Source: a virus (lineage: Duplodnaviria > Caudoviricetes). Taken from it: a stretch of 33,364 nt of DNA. This document shows, in pieces, positions 1-8,290 of the stretch; the stretch's first letter is position 1, and each line of letters begins with the position of its first letter. The DNA lies in the IMG/VR virus record IMGVR_UViG_3300038468_000094, positions 1-33,364 of that record. One strand, 5' to 3'. The notes under the pieces were generated by a model that was not told the origin of the DNA, made no database searches, and saw only the letters and a program-made list of their open reading frames with translations. The position numbers and the translations under genes are program-made.

Positions 1-282
1 GGCGAGAGCCTAACAGATATTTTACGGTCAATTGCCGATACTCCTGAACCAGGCGAAAAGATAGCAAGAAAAGAACGACTTGCTCAAAAGATGTGGGAAG
101 ACGCACTTGCGGGCAACTGGAAGCTCATGATCTATCTCTATGATCGGCTCGACGGGAAACCATTACAAGCCATAGAATCGAAAAACACAAACTTGAATGT
201 TGACGTTGAAGTATCCAATCAAGACAAGGCGAAACTGAAAGCGAACATGCAAGCGATGTTTCCGGGATTGAAGATTGCGTGA
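1..282 (+). CDS. Putative terminase small subunit, C-terminal part (5' truncated by window edge)
   Basis: Frame 1 is open from base 1 (GESLTDILRSIADT...DRLDGKPLQAIE...). Its TGA overlaps the GTG of the large terminase. Call rests on position and size. Confidence 0.55.
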   Translation, partial: GESLTDILRSIADTPEPGEKIARKERLAQKMWEDALAGNWKLMIYLYDRLDGKPLQAIESKNTNLNVDVEVSNQDKAKLKANMQAMFPGLKIA

Positions 283-1859
283 CTCCCGAAGCTCTTAATG
301 CCATCATGCACGAGCAGTCGCTCGTCACTTGGCTCGCGTGGAATCATCATCGCACAAACAAGGACGAGCGAATCGACTTCGTGCGGTCGCCATATCTTCG
401 TCAAATCTTCCTTGATCCCACCGATGAAATGATTATGTGCAAATGCTCACAGGTAGCAGGCACCGAATATCTGACCGCGTTCACATACGCCGAGCTCATT
501 CAAGGCCGCAGCGTATTTTATGTGTTTCCCAACAAATCACTCGTCTATCGCTACGTCAATAATAGATTCAACGCGAGCTATAACTACACGAAATACTATC
601 AGCGACTAACGAAAGAAATGGATGTCGGACAGAAGACTTCGAGCATGGCGATGGTCAAGCTCGGCAAGGGTACGGTGATATTCGTGTCCGCATTCACACC
701 CGTGTCGTTCATCGAGTTTCCCGCGGATACGATGATCGTTGACGAACTCGATAGATGCGTGCTCGAAAACATCAACAAAGGACTCTCTCGTCTGTCCGCC
801 AGCAAACACAAGAAGATCAAGAAAATCTCTAATCCCACAATCGAATCATACGGTATCGATGAAGAATACGCGAAATCGAATCAATACGAGTGGTATCTAC
901 GATGCGACTGCGGTAAGGAGTTCATTCCCGATTTCTTCGCGCATGTCGTACGAGATATCGGCGAGGGTAACTTCCTGATTCGTGATACCGAATACGAAGC
1001 GCATCAAGGACATGATATTCGCATGATCTGCGATTCCTGCGGACGACCGATCAACCGATATGCCGAAGGCCGATGGATTGCGAGATATCCGGAGCGCTCG
1101 TGTTCAGGATACCGCATCAGCAAGCTTTACGCTTCAACTGATTCAATCACAGAGCTCGTTGATCGATTCTCCGACGGGCTCACGAACGATAACAAGCTTC
1201 AGGATTTCTATAACTTCGATCTCGGGCTCGCCTTCACTGCGGCAGGTGCGAAGATCACCGAGCTTATGCTCGATCAGTGCATCGCTCCATACTCCATGCC
1301 GAAGGGTCTCGCTGAGGGATTATGCATAGCCGGAATCGATGTCAACTATCCTGATTTCAACATCGTGATTTTGCGCGTCACGAACGAAGATAAACTCCGC
1401 GCAGTATACATCGACACGATACGCGATTACAAGAGCTTGAAGACTCTGCTTCGGGAGTTCAAAGTCCGTTGCGGGATTATCGACGCAGGGCCAGAGCGGC
1501 GCATCAGCGCTATGCTTTGCGCGCGTATCCCCGGTATGTTCCGATGCGACTACACAACCGGAATAGTGAAAGACAAGATCGATCTACAGCTTCACAGACT
1601 CACGACGAATCGGACTATGGCGCTTGATAACGTGAAGGAAGCTGTCCTTACGAAGCGGATCGAGCTTCCCGCGAATGCGCGCAGTATCGAGGGATTTTAT
1701 GCTCAGATGACGGCGAGCACGCGAGTCTACGATCCGAAGGCTCGACACGGCGAAGGCGATTACCGATGGCTCGAAGGATCGAAGGCCGACCATTATATGC
1801 ACAGCATGGGTTATGCCCTGGTAGCGAAAAAATTACTTGCGATGCTTGCGAATAAATGA
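279..1859 (+). CDS. terL: Terminase large subunit, lambda GpA-like
   Basis: KCSQVAGTE (GpA-type Walker A), IVDELD (Walker B), ISNPT, CDCG and CDSCG zinc motifs, AGIDV and ADHYMH in the nuclease domain. Lies upstream of the portal. Confidence 0.9.
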   Translation: MTPEALNAIMHEQSLVTWLAWNHHRTNKDERIDFVRSPYLRQIFLDPTDEMIMCKCSQVAGTEYLTAFTYAELIQGRSVFYVFPNKSLVYRYVNNRFNASYNYTKYYQRLTKEMDVGQKTSSMAMVKLGKGTVIFVSAFTPVSFIEFPADTMIVDELDRCVLENINKGLSRLSASKHKKIKKISNPTIESYGIDEEYAKSNQYEWYLRCDCGKEFIPDFFAHVVRDIGEGNFLIRDTEYEAHQGHDIRMICDSCGRPINRYAEGRWIARYPERSCSGYRISKLYASTDSITELVDRFSDGLTNDNKLQDFYNFDLGLAFTAAGAKITELMLDQCIAPYSMPKGLAEGLCIAGIDVNYPDFNIVILRVTNEDKLRAVYIDTIRDYKSLKTLLREFKVRCGIIDAGPERRISAMLCARIPGMFRCDYTTGIVKDKIDLQLHRLTTNRTMALDNVKEAVLTKRIELPANARSIEGFYAQMTASTRVYDPKARHGEGDYRWLEGSKADHYMHSMGYALVAKKLLAMLANK

Positions 1860-1865
1860 TATACT
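1837..1865 (+). promoter_or_regulatory. Candidate sigma70-type promoter upstream of portal
   Basis: TTGCGA-N17-TATACT with TGn extended -10, followed by AGGAGG and ATG at 1892. Confidence 0.4.
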
Positions 1866-1891
1866 ATCTCAGCTCATAGGAGGCCACACAC

Positions 1892-3436
1892 ATGGCAGAA
1901 ATGGCCGTTTCGGCTGACCAACTCGTCAATCCACAAATTCAATCGCATTACTTGAACAACGCCGAAGACAACCGTCGCGGTTACAATATCTATTACTTCA
2001 GCGAGCTCCAAGGCATAACCGGCCACATGAAAAACGGTCAGATGATGACCGGAACGGTCGAGCGCCCGCTCTTCGGGCTCTCGGTCGAGGATCGACTCGA
2101 TATCTTCAAACGATGCGATATCGTGTTCGGGATCGTGACCAGCCGCATGAACAAGATCAGCGCGCTCGAATGGCAGATCGAGAAGAAGTCAAAGATCGAA
2201 GATCGCATCGTTGACGGGCTCAAGCGCAACTATCAGATATACAAAGAGTATGCAGGATCGAACAATATCAGCGACGCTGTAATCAGAATGAAAATGTTCC
2301 AGGCTGCACAACGCGAGCTCCCTGACCTCAAGCTTGACATGACAAACTTTCAGACCGCACTCCTTCGATGGCGCAAAGATATCAAGAACGAAACCACTGA
2401 TAAATGCGAAGAGATAACCGACTGGCTTAATGAACCAAATATCGAAGACACGTTCGCGAACTTCATAAAGAAATGGGTGTTCGATCTTATGATTCACGGC
2501 GCGTGGTCGATGTACAAGGAGTTTGTATTAGGACGATTAGAAAATCTCTACGGCCTGCCCGGCGGCTCAGTTACTCCCCTCAAAGGTAAATATGTAGGAG
2601 GAGGCCGGGCATATTTGCAAATGATCCAGGGCATGAACGGAAAGATATATTTCGAAGACGAGATATCGTATTGTAACTATATCCCATCGACTGGTATGAG
2701 TTACGGACATGTACCACTCGAAGCGCTCGTCAATAAAATTGCGGAATCGTTGCTGTTCGATCAGCTTATGGCCGAGCGAGCTGATGGTACGAAGCCTCCG
2801 GAGAAAGCGGTCATATTCGGCGGGAAGCTTCCATTCGGCGAGTTCACGACCGAGGAACAATACTCGGTTCCGATACCTGCGGAAGAGCAGAAACGCATAG
2901 AGACGAGTCTCAACGAACCACGCAAGAACGCGATCAGAACGCTTACGGGAACAGGCACACCACTCGTACTCGATCTCTCGAAAGCCGATACTATAGCGGC
3001 ACAGGAGGAACGGCAGGAGCTCATCCTGAAACACGCCGCGCTTGTGTTTGGCATAACCAACGACGAAGTCAATCTCACCGGATCAGACAACACGTCCGGA
3101 CGGTCTACGAGTGAAAGTCAAGAGCGCATCGATCGCGAAAAAGGGATATACCCGCTCATGCAGATTATCGAAGGCACTCTAAATACCGAGATACTGCCGC
3201 TTCGTTACGGACATAACTTCAAGTTTACATACAAAGAAGGACTCAGCGACAGTGAGCGTCTTGATATTGAGACGAAGAAAATGGAAAGCCAGACGTATTC
3301 GGTCAATGAAGTCAGGCTCGAACGTGGAGACGACCCTTTCGAAGGTGAGCAGTTCGATTTACCGAATGGACAGGCGAAAGCTCCTCCGGACGGAAGCGAG
3401 CGCAATCCGATGAACGTTCGGGGACTGAATGGCTGA
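1892..3436 (+). CDS. Portal protein (HK97-type)
   Basis: 514 aa directly after terL. Portal-like motifs WVFDLMIHG, YGHVPLE, ALVFGI and SVNEVRLERGDDP. Confidence 0.85.
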   Translation: MAEMAVSADQLVNPQIQSHYLNNAEDNRRGYNIYYFSELQGITGHMKNGQMMTGTVERPLFGLSVEDRLDIFKRCDIVFGIVTSRMNKISALEWQIEKKSKIEDRIVDGLKRNYQIYKEYAGSNNISDAVIRMKMFQAAQRELPDLKLDMTNFQTALLRWRKDIKNETTDKCEEITDWLNEPNIEDTFANFIKKWVFDLMIHGAWSMYKEFVLGRLENLYGLPGGSVTPLKGKYVGGGRAYLQMIQGMNGKIYFEDEISYCNYIPSTGMSYGHVPLEALVNKIAESLLFDQLMAERADGTKPPEKAVIFGGKLPFGEFTTEEQYSVPIPAEEQKRIETSLNEPRKNAIRTLTGTGTPLVLDLSKADTIAAQEERQELILKHAALVFGITNDEVNLTGSDNTSGRSTSESQERIDREKGIYPLMQIIEGTLNTEILPLRYGHNFKFTYKEGLSDSERLDIETKKMESQTYSVNEVRLERGDDPFEGEQFDLPNGQAKAPPDGSERNPMNVRGLNG

Positions 3437-4787
3437 GCTCCGCGAACCTCAGATCAGTCAAGCCGATCTCTCGCCGTTGCTCTCGGGGCTGGGCGCTGAT
3501 CTCGGCGTGTTCTACCGCGCTCTCATGGAGCAGGTCGAAGCTATCGTTGATCAGGCGAAACGCGAAGGATGGGACTCAGAGCGATTTATCACGGCTATAA
3601 GCGCGCTGCTCGAACCGGAAGAAGCGAGTGAGGTCGAGAAATCTCTGAATGACACGATCCGCACGAAGCGCATCGGTACGCTCTGCGGGCTTGAAGTATG
3701 GTTTGTTAACGGTCATTATATTCGAGACAACATATATATCGATTTTACCGAAGGCGGGAATCACGAGCGGTATGATTGGATACCGGATGGCGAGATATGG
3801 ATTGATGAGGAAGTTAAACCCGAGGAAGTGACGGTCACTATATTCCACGAGTTCACGGAACAAAAAGTCATGTGCGAGAAAGGATGGGATTACGATCACG
3901 CTCACGATTTCGCGTCTGGATTGGAGATAGCCATGAGACAAGATGACGAGTTGAAGACAAGATTCGAGAAGCTGATACGATTAGAACCAGTGTTGAAGAG
4001 TGCGATCGATTTGAAAGTACAGAAAGCGCTTGTACTGATTCGTAGCGCGATACCGGATGATGTGTTCAAGGCAGGCGGTAAGCCGGTAGGAACCGTGAGC
4101 GAGCGTAAGGATGGGAAATACAAGAAGACTGCGCCAGGAGTGTGGGAGAAGATGACGGAAGAGGGAGAAAAGAATTTAGGAGAAGCTAAAGCAACTTATA
4201 AGCGAGATAAATTAGCTGGTAATGCATATTCTGAAGAATATGAAGGATATCCGGCTTATTATCAACTTTCTCAAAATGATATCAATGAATCTGAAAAAAG
4301 AAGTCTATCTTCTTATACAGGGACTGGATCGATATCCTTAAATAAGCAATTGAGAGAAGGAGAAAATCCTGAATCAGCAAAAGATATAGATAGCGCAATA
4401 GAAAAACAGCCTCCAGGTGATTGGGAAGTTTATAGAGGTGGAGACAATCAATTAAAAAATTATTTTATAAAAAATATAAAAACCATATCTGATTTAAAGG
4501 GTAAGATTATTTCAGATAAAGCTTTTTTAAGTACTTCTACTTCAGAAAAAGATGCTAAATCAAGATTTGCTACTCAAGATGGAGTATTTATAAAAATTAA
4601 TGCAACAAATACAAAAGCAATATTGCCGTCCAGACATATTGATACATCTTCTAATCAACAAGGTGAAGAGTTCGAAGCCATATTCCCAAGAAATATGAAA
4701 TTAAAGATAACAAATGCTAAGCTTATTCAATCAGAAACATTCAAGAATAAAAAGCAATTATATTTGGAAATGGAAAGGATAGAATAA
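3429..4787 (+). CDS. Head-associated multi-domain protein: helical N-terminus, HExxE metallopeptidase-like domain, shared tag, C-terminal VIP2/Alt-like ADP-ribosyltransferase
   Basis: ART motifs SYTG..LNKQLR, VYRG, FLSTS and EFE (R-S-E clade). Central IFHEFTE...YDHAH. DNA becomes AT-rich from about 4180. Confidence 0.8.
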   Translation: MAELREPQISQADLSPLLSGLGADLGVFYRALMEQVEAIVDQAKREGWDSERFITAISALLEPEEASEVEKSLNDTIRTKRIGTLCGLEVWFVNGHYIRDNIYIDFTEGGNHERYDWIPDGEIWIDEEVKPEEVTVTIFHEFTEQKVMCEKGWDYDHAHDFASGLEIAMRQDDELKTRFEKLIRLEPVLKSAIDLKVQKALVLIRSAIPDDVFKAGGKPVGTVSERKDGKYKKTAPGVWEKMTEEGEKNLGEAKATYKRDKLAGNAYSEEYEGYPAYYQLSQNDINESEKRSLSSYTGTGSISLNKQLREGENPESAKDIDSAIEKQPPGDWEVYRGGDNQLKNYFIKNIKTISDLKGKIISDKAFLSTSTSEKDAKSRFATQDGVFIKINATNTKAILPSRHIDTSSNQQGEEFEAIFPRNMKLKITNAKLIQSETFKNKKQLYLEMERIE

Positions 4788-4788
4788 A

Positions 4789-4974
4789 ATGCCTAAACCG
4801 AATAGTGGAGAATCAAGGAACGATTTCGTCAAACGATGCGTTCCGATTGTCATGAGTGAGGGTACGGATCAGGACGCGGCTGTCGGGAAATGCGAGGGTA
4901 TCTATAACAGCGTCCGGAAGTCGCTCATCACAAAAGCGTTATCCGAACTCGTGAAGGTGTTCCGTGGCTCATAA
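4789..4974 (+). CDS. Small head-region protein with P-x-P..GE...F..RC....A...C motif
   Basis: MPKPNSGESRNDFVKRC...AAVGKC resembles a two-Cys module I recall from phage head gene clusters. It fills the gap between its neighbours. Confidence 0.65.
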   Translation: MPKPNSGESRNDFVKRCVPIVMSEGTDQDAAVGKCEGIYNSVRKSLITKALSELVKVFRGS

Positions 4975-6364
4975 ACTCTATCTCGATCCGATTCGTAAGC
5001 GCACCGGCTGGACAGGCGACAAACTCTCCGGCCTCATGAACCGCATCATAGCCGTGAATCAAGAGAAAGCTTTCACCGCTATCGGTCGTTTGCGCGCTAC
5101 GCAGTTCGAGAAACAGAACGTTCGATCCGGCTCGACCTTCAAGCTCCCCGACTTATCCGAGGTATTGCCGAAGCAGTCAGTATTCGCACGTAAGGCCGCG
5201 ATCCGTGGACGATTGATCACCGATAATCTACGGGACTCGCTCACCCGGGATCTACGCGCGACGCTCGCCGAGAGCAAATGGACAGGCGCAAAAGGCAAGA
5301 TGAATCCTAAGCTAATCGATGCATTTCGCGAGCGCATTACGCAAAGCTTCGAAGGCTATACAAAACGCGATCCGCGCTACGGTATGCCGTCGAACATCCG
5401 GAACATCGCGGTCACAGAGATAGGAGCGACGATAAACGATGTGAAGAAGACATACCACGACCGGCTCATGCAGGCGAACCCGGATATGAAAGCGTTCAAG
5501 ACGTGGAACCATTCGAGCGATCGTAAGCGGATCAAGGTACCTCGCCGCGGGCATATGCGGATGAATGGCGTCAGAGTCGAGGCGTCGGAGTCGTTTCAAG
5601 TGCCACTCTACGATGCGAAAGGGCGATATGTGCGCACCGACTCCATGGACAGGCCACATGATGAGCGCGCGCCCCTCGATCAGGTGATCGGATGTATGTG
5701 TTCGATAAATTATTCTTATATTAAGGCCGCTCGCAACGTTCACAAAGAGCTTGAAGATAATATTAGAGTATTGAAGGCCGCTGCCCCTGTTGGTACTATA
5801 CATCAACGGAAAGATGGTAAGTACAAAAAGATATCTGATACAGAATGGCAAAAGATAGGGGAAGAGAAAGAATCACCGAAACAAGAGCAAAAGCAACCGG
5901 AACAGGAAAAAGAAAATGCAAGCGAAAAAATAAAACAAGAAGCTATTAAAAAGTTCGGCTTGACAAACAATATAGACGAAGCCGGTTACATAATGGACGA
6001 TGGAAAACTTCTTGATTTTTCAGGTAAAAATCAAGGCGGATCATCCGGGTCGAGAGCTTTAGATCATAGAGATGTTAATACCATGGATAGCATAACACAA
6101 ACCGATTCTGCTACCGAGGGTATGGTCGATTTCATGAATAAAGCTAAAGCTATAAGAATCGACAATAAACAAGGAGCTATCAATTCTATAGGTTTCCCGA
6201 ATGAAGAACAGATGCAAACCATACTTCGGAATATCAAAAACTTTGAATTACCAATACGAATACAAATTGATAACGAGAAAGGCAATCAGATAGGATCGGA
6301 AGAAATCGACAGCGATAAACCTATTGATATAATAAGAGCATACGAAAAGCTTAAATCTAAATAA
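4964..6364 (+). CDS. MuF/SPP1 gp7-like minor head protein with shared tag and variable C-terminal domain
   Basis: MuF-like C-core (KTW...RRGH..MNG..V....F.VP...PHD......IGCMCSI) between portal and protease. AT-rich extension after about 5760. Confidence 0.7.
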   Translation: MAHKLYLDPIRKRTGWTGDKLSGLMNRIIAVNQEKAFTAIGRLRATQFEKQNVRSGSTFKLPDLSEVLPKQSVFARKAAIRGRLITDNLRDSLTRDLRATLAESKWTGAKGKMNPKLIDAFRERITQSFEGYTKRDPRYGMPSNIRNIAVTEIGATINDVKKTYHDRLMQANPDMKAFKTWNHSSDRKRIKVPRRGHMRMNGVRVEASESFQVPLYDAKGRYVRTDSMDRPHDERAPLDQVIGCMCSINYSYIKAARNVHKELEDNIRVLKAAAPVGTIHQRKDGKYKKISDTEWQKIGEEKESPKQEQKQPEQEKENASEKIKQEAIKKFGLTNNIDEAGYIMDDGKLLDFSGKNQGGSSGSRALDHRDVNTMDSITQTDSATEGMVDFMNKAKAIRIDNKQGAINSIGFPNEEQMQTILRNIKNFELPIRIQIDNEKGNQIGSEEIDSDKPIDIIRAYEKLKSK

Positions 6365-6369
6365 TAATA

Positions 6370-6398
6370 TTGACATGTACTGTAATAAGTAGTACAAT
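6370..6398 (+). promoter_or_regulatory. Near-consensus sigma70 promoter
   Basis: TTGACA(6370-75)-N17-TACAAT(6393-98) with AT-rich upstream DNA. Inverted repeat TGTACT/AGTACA overlaps the spacer and -10. Confidence 0.8.
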
Positions 6399-6404
6399 AT
6401 ACAT

Positions 6405-6560
6405 TAACGACTTTCTTTAAGGAGGGATGGCTACTGCATATAGCCGTTCCTCCACTTTAATTAGTTCACGCGCTAACCGCGTGCCGAGGAATGCTTCCTA
6501 CGGGAAGTTGATAGGCGAAAGGTAAGACGAATCAGGTCTTACTTTTCGCCTATTTTTTTT
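6405..6560 (+). ncRNA. Candidate structured leader or small RNA (four hairpins)
   Basis: 13-bp stem 6421-6453, CACGCG/CGCGTG stem 6467-6483, CTTCC-UACG-GGAAG (UNCG tetraloop) 6494-6507, 18-bp terminator stem 6511-6553. 5' end is estimated from the promoter. Confidence 0.5.
6511..6560 (+). terminator. Intrinsic terminator
   Basis: ATAGGCGAAAGGTAAGAC / GTCTTACTTTTCGCCTAT 18-bp stem (one G-U pair), followed by 7 T. Confidence 0.85.
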
Positions 6561-6574
6561 GTCGCGGAGGTTGA

Positions 6575-7507
6575 ATGGCCGACATCGAACACACAGAGAA
6601 TCGACGGATTAAGATTTTCTTTTCTCCGTATGGTTTCAACGAGAAGACCCACGCGGTTGAAAAAGACATGAACGGGAAGAAACGTCGATATCTCAAAGGC
6701 GTGAGCTCGGGCGTGCACGTAGACGGCCACGGCGAAATGATGACGCCGAATTGCATCAAGAGTTTTCAGCGACAGGCCGAATCCGGCGATATCTTGCTTT
6801 ATGAAGGCTTGCATGGTGTGAACTTCATCGACGATATCGGACGGCTTGAGAAATCCGAAATCCTACCGAATGGCGATTGGCTTACAGAGTACCGTCTTTA
6901 CGATGATGACGATGGAATGGGACAGACTACAACCGAGAAAGCTGACAAGCTCTGGAAGCAAGTCAATGGTCTTCCGCCTTACAAGTATCCACGACAAAAA
7001 GGGTTCTCGATCGAAGGCGAAATACCGAAAACCGGAGTAGTTCATATGAATGAATCCGGAAAACGTGTCATGGATGATGTCAAGCTCGACGGTGTTGTTG
7101 TCGTACCCCGTCCGGCTTATTTATCATCGGTTGCCCAGGCAGTATACAAAGCACTGGGTATCAATCCTCCGTATGTCATCCGAAAAAATCTAACAGTCTC
7201 GCTTAAGGACATAGTGGATGAGTCGGAGAAAAAAGAAATCTATTTCAAACGCAAATGGCAGATCGAGGAAGCGCTCGAATGCGAAGTGAAAGAGATTATG
7301 TTGAGCGGCGAACAGATAGATGAACGGCTCAACATGTTATTCGACGAATACAGGAATCTTATGATTGACCTGATATTATCCTCTGCGGAAATGTTCAAAG
7401 CGGATGCTCCTGCGGGAGATGTTCCAGCCGTAAAGGAGGCAGCGGGCGCGATCAGCACTCTGATTGAAAAGCTCAACGCCGAATTACGTGTACTACAAGG
7501 AGTGTAA
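6575..7507 (+). CDS. Prohead (capsid maturation) serine protease
   Basis: VDGHGEMM, LHG and GFSIEG (Ser nucleophile motif), plus VVVPRPA. Lies upstream of scaffold and capsid. GGAGG RBS. Confidence 0.75.
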   Translation: MADIEHTENRRIKIFFSPYGFNEKTHAVEKDMNGKKRRYLKGVSSGVHVDGHGEMMTPNCIKSFQRQAESGDILLYEGLHGVNFIDDIGRLEKSEILPNGDWLTEYRLYDDDDGMGQTTTEKADKLWKQVNGLPPYKYPRQKGFSIEGEIPKTGVVHMNESGKRVMDDVKLDGVVVVPRPAYLSSVAQAVYKALGINPPYVIRKNLTVSLKDIVDESEKKEIYFKRKWQIEEALECEVKEIMLSGEQIDERLNMLFDEYRNLMIDLILSSAEMFKADAPAGDVPAVKEAAGAISTLIEKLNAELRVLQGV

Positions 7508-7510
7508 CGC

Positions 7511-8275
7511 ATGTTAACACCAGAACAGAAACAAGCTCTGATGAATGCGAAAGCTTTGATTCAGGAAATCGAAGCTATGGAAGGCGGATCGCAGGAAGGC
7601 GACGCACCGGCAGACAAACCAGAGGCACAGGAGGCACAAATGGCATTCAATCCAGACGAACAGATGGGCGATCAGCCGGAAGGCGAAAACGCAACACAGC
7701 CCAAAGACGAGAAGAAACAGCCGGAAGTCAAGGAGAGTTTCACGAAGAAAACATACAAGGATATCTCTCAGATGGCTACACCGGATGCATCGACCGCAAG
7801 GGACAAAGCAGAGGACAAAGTAGACGATATTCCGGATCAGGACGAAGAGAACATCGGCGAAGTTGCTAAGGCACTCGCTACAATCGCAAGATCATTACAG
7901 GCAAAGAACGTGGCCAAGAGCGCAACACCTACAGGTTCGGAGCTCGTGGGAGTCATCAACGAACTGACGAAAGTCGTCAAGTCGATGATGGAAACACAGA
8001 AGAATCAGGGCGCAGTGCTCGAAGACGTTCTCGAAGGTCTCGGAGTCGCAAAGAGCATCGAAGCAAAACAGGAAGCTCTCAGAGTCGAGAAATCGAACGA
8101 ACGCAGACCCGTGGCCACTACCGATACAAACCAGGTATTACTCGAAGTAACGAAAGCGCTTCAGGCTATCGCAGGCAACAAGGGTGATCAGACCTACACG
8201 GTCGGAAACAACTCCTCCGATGTGAGGAAATCCCTCGCCGAGAATATCGAAGCACTTTTACCAGTACGATATTAA
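7511..8275 (+). CDS. Capsid scaffolding protein
   Basis: Acidic, low-complexity, coiled-coil protein between protease and capsid, with many V-x-K-[SA] motifs. Confidence 0.65.
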   Translation: MLTPEQKQALMNAKALIQEIEAMEGGSQEGDAPADKPEAQEAQMAFNPDEQMGDQPEGENATQPKDEKKQPEVKESFTKKTYKDISQMATPDASTARDKAEDKVDDIPDQDEENIGEVAKALATIARSLQAKNVAKSATPTGSELVGVINELTKVVKSMMETQKNQGAVLEDVLEGLGVAKSIEAKQEALRVEKSNERRPVATTDTNQVLLEVTKALQAIAGNKGDQTYTVGNNSSDVRKSLAENIEALLPVRY

Positions 8276-8290
8276 CAAGGAGAATGAAAC

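Noticed and set aside
6405-6560. tRNA or a known riboswitch (c-di-GMP, guanidine-II, fluoride)
   Set aside because: No cloverleaf or T-loop, and I could not match the conserved cores by eye. The TACG loop fits a UNCG tetraloop. An Rfam search is still needed.
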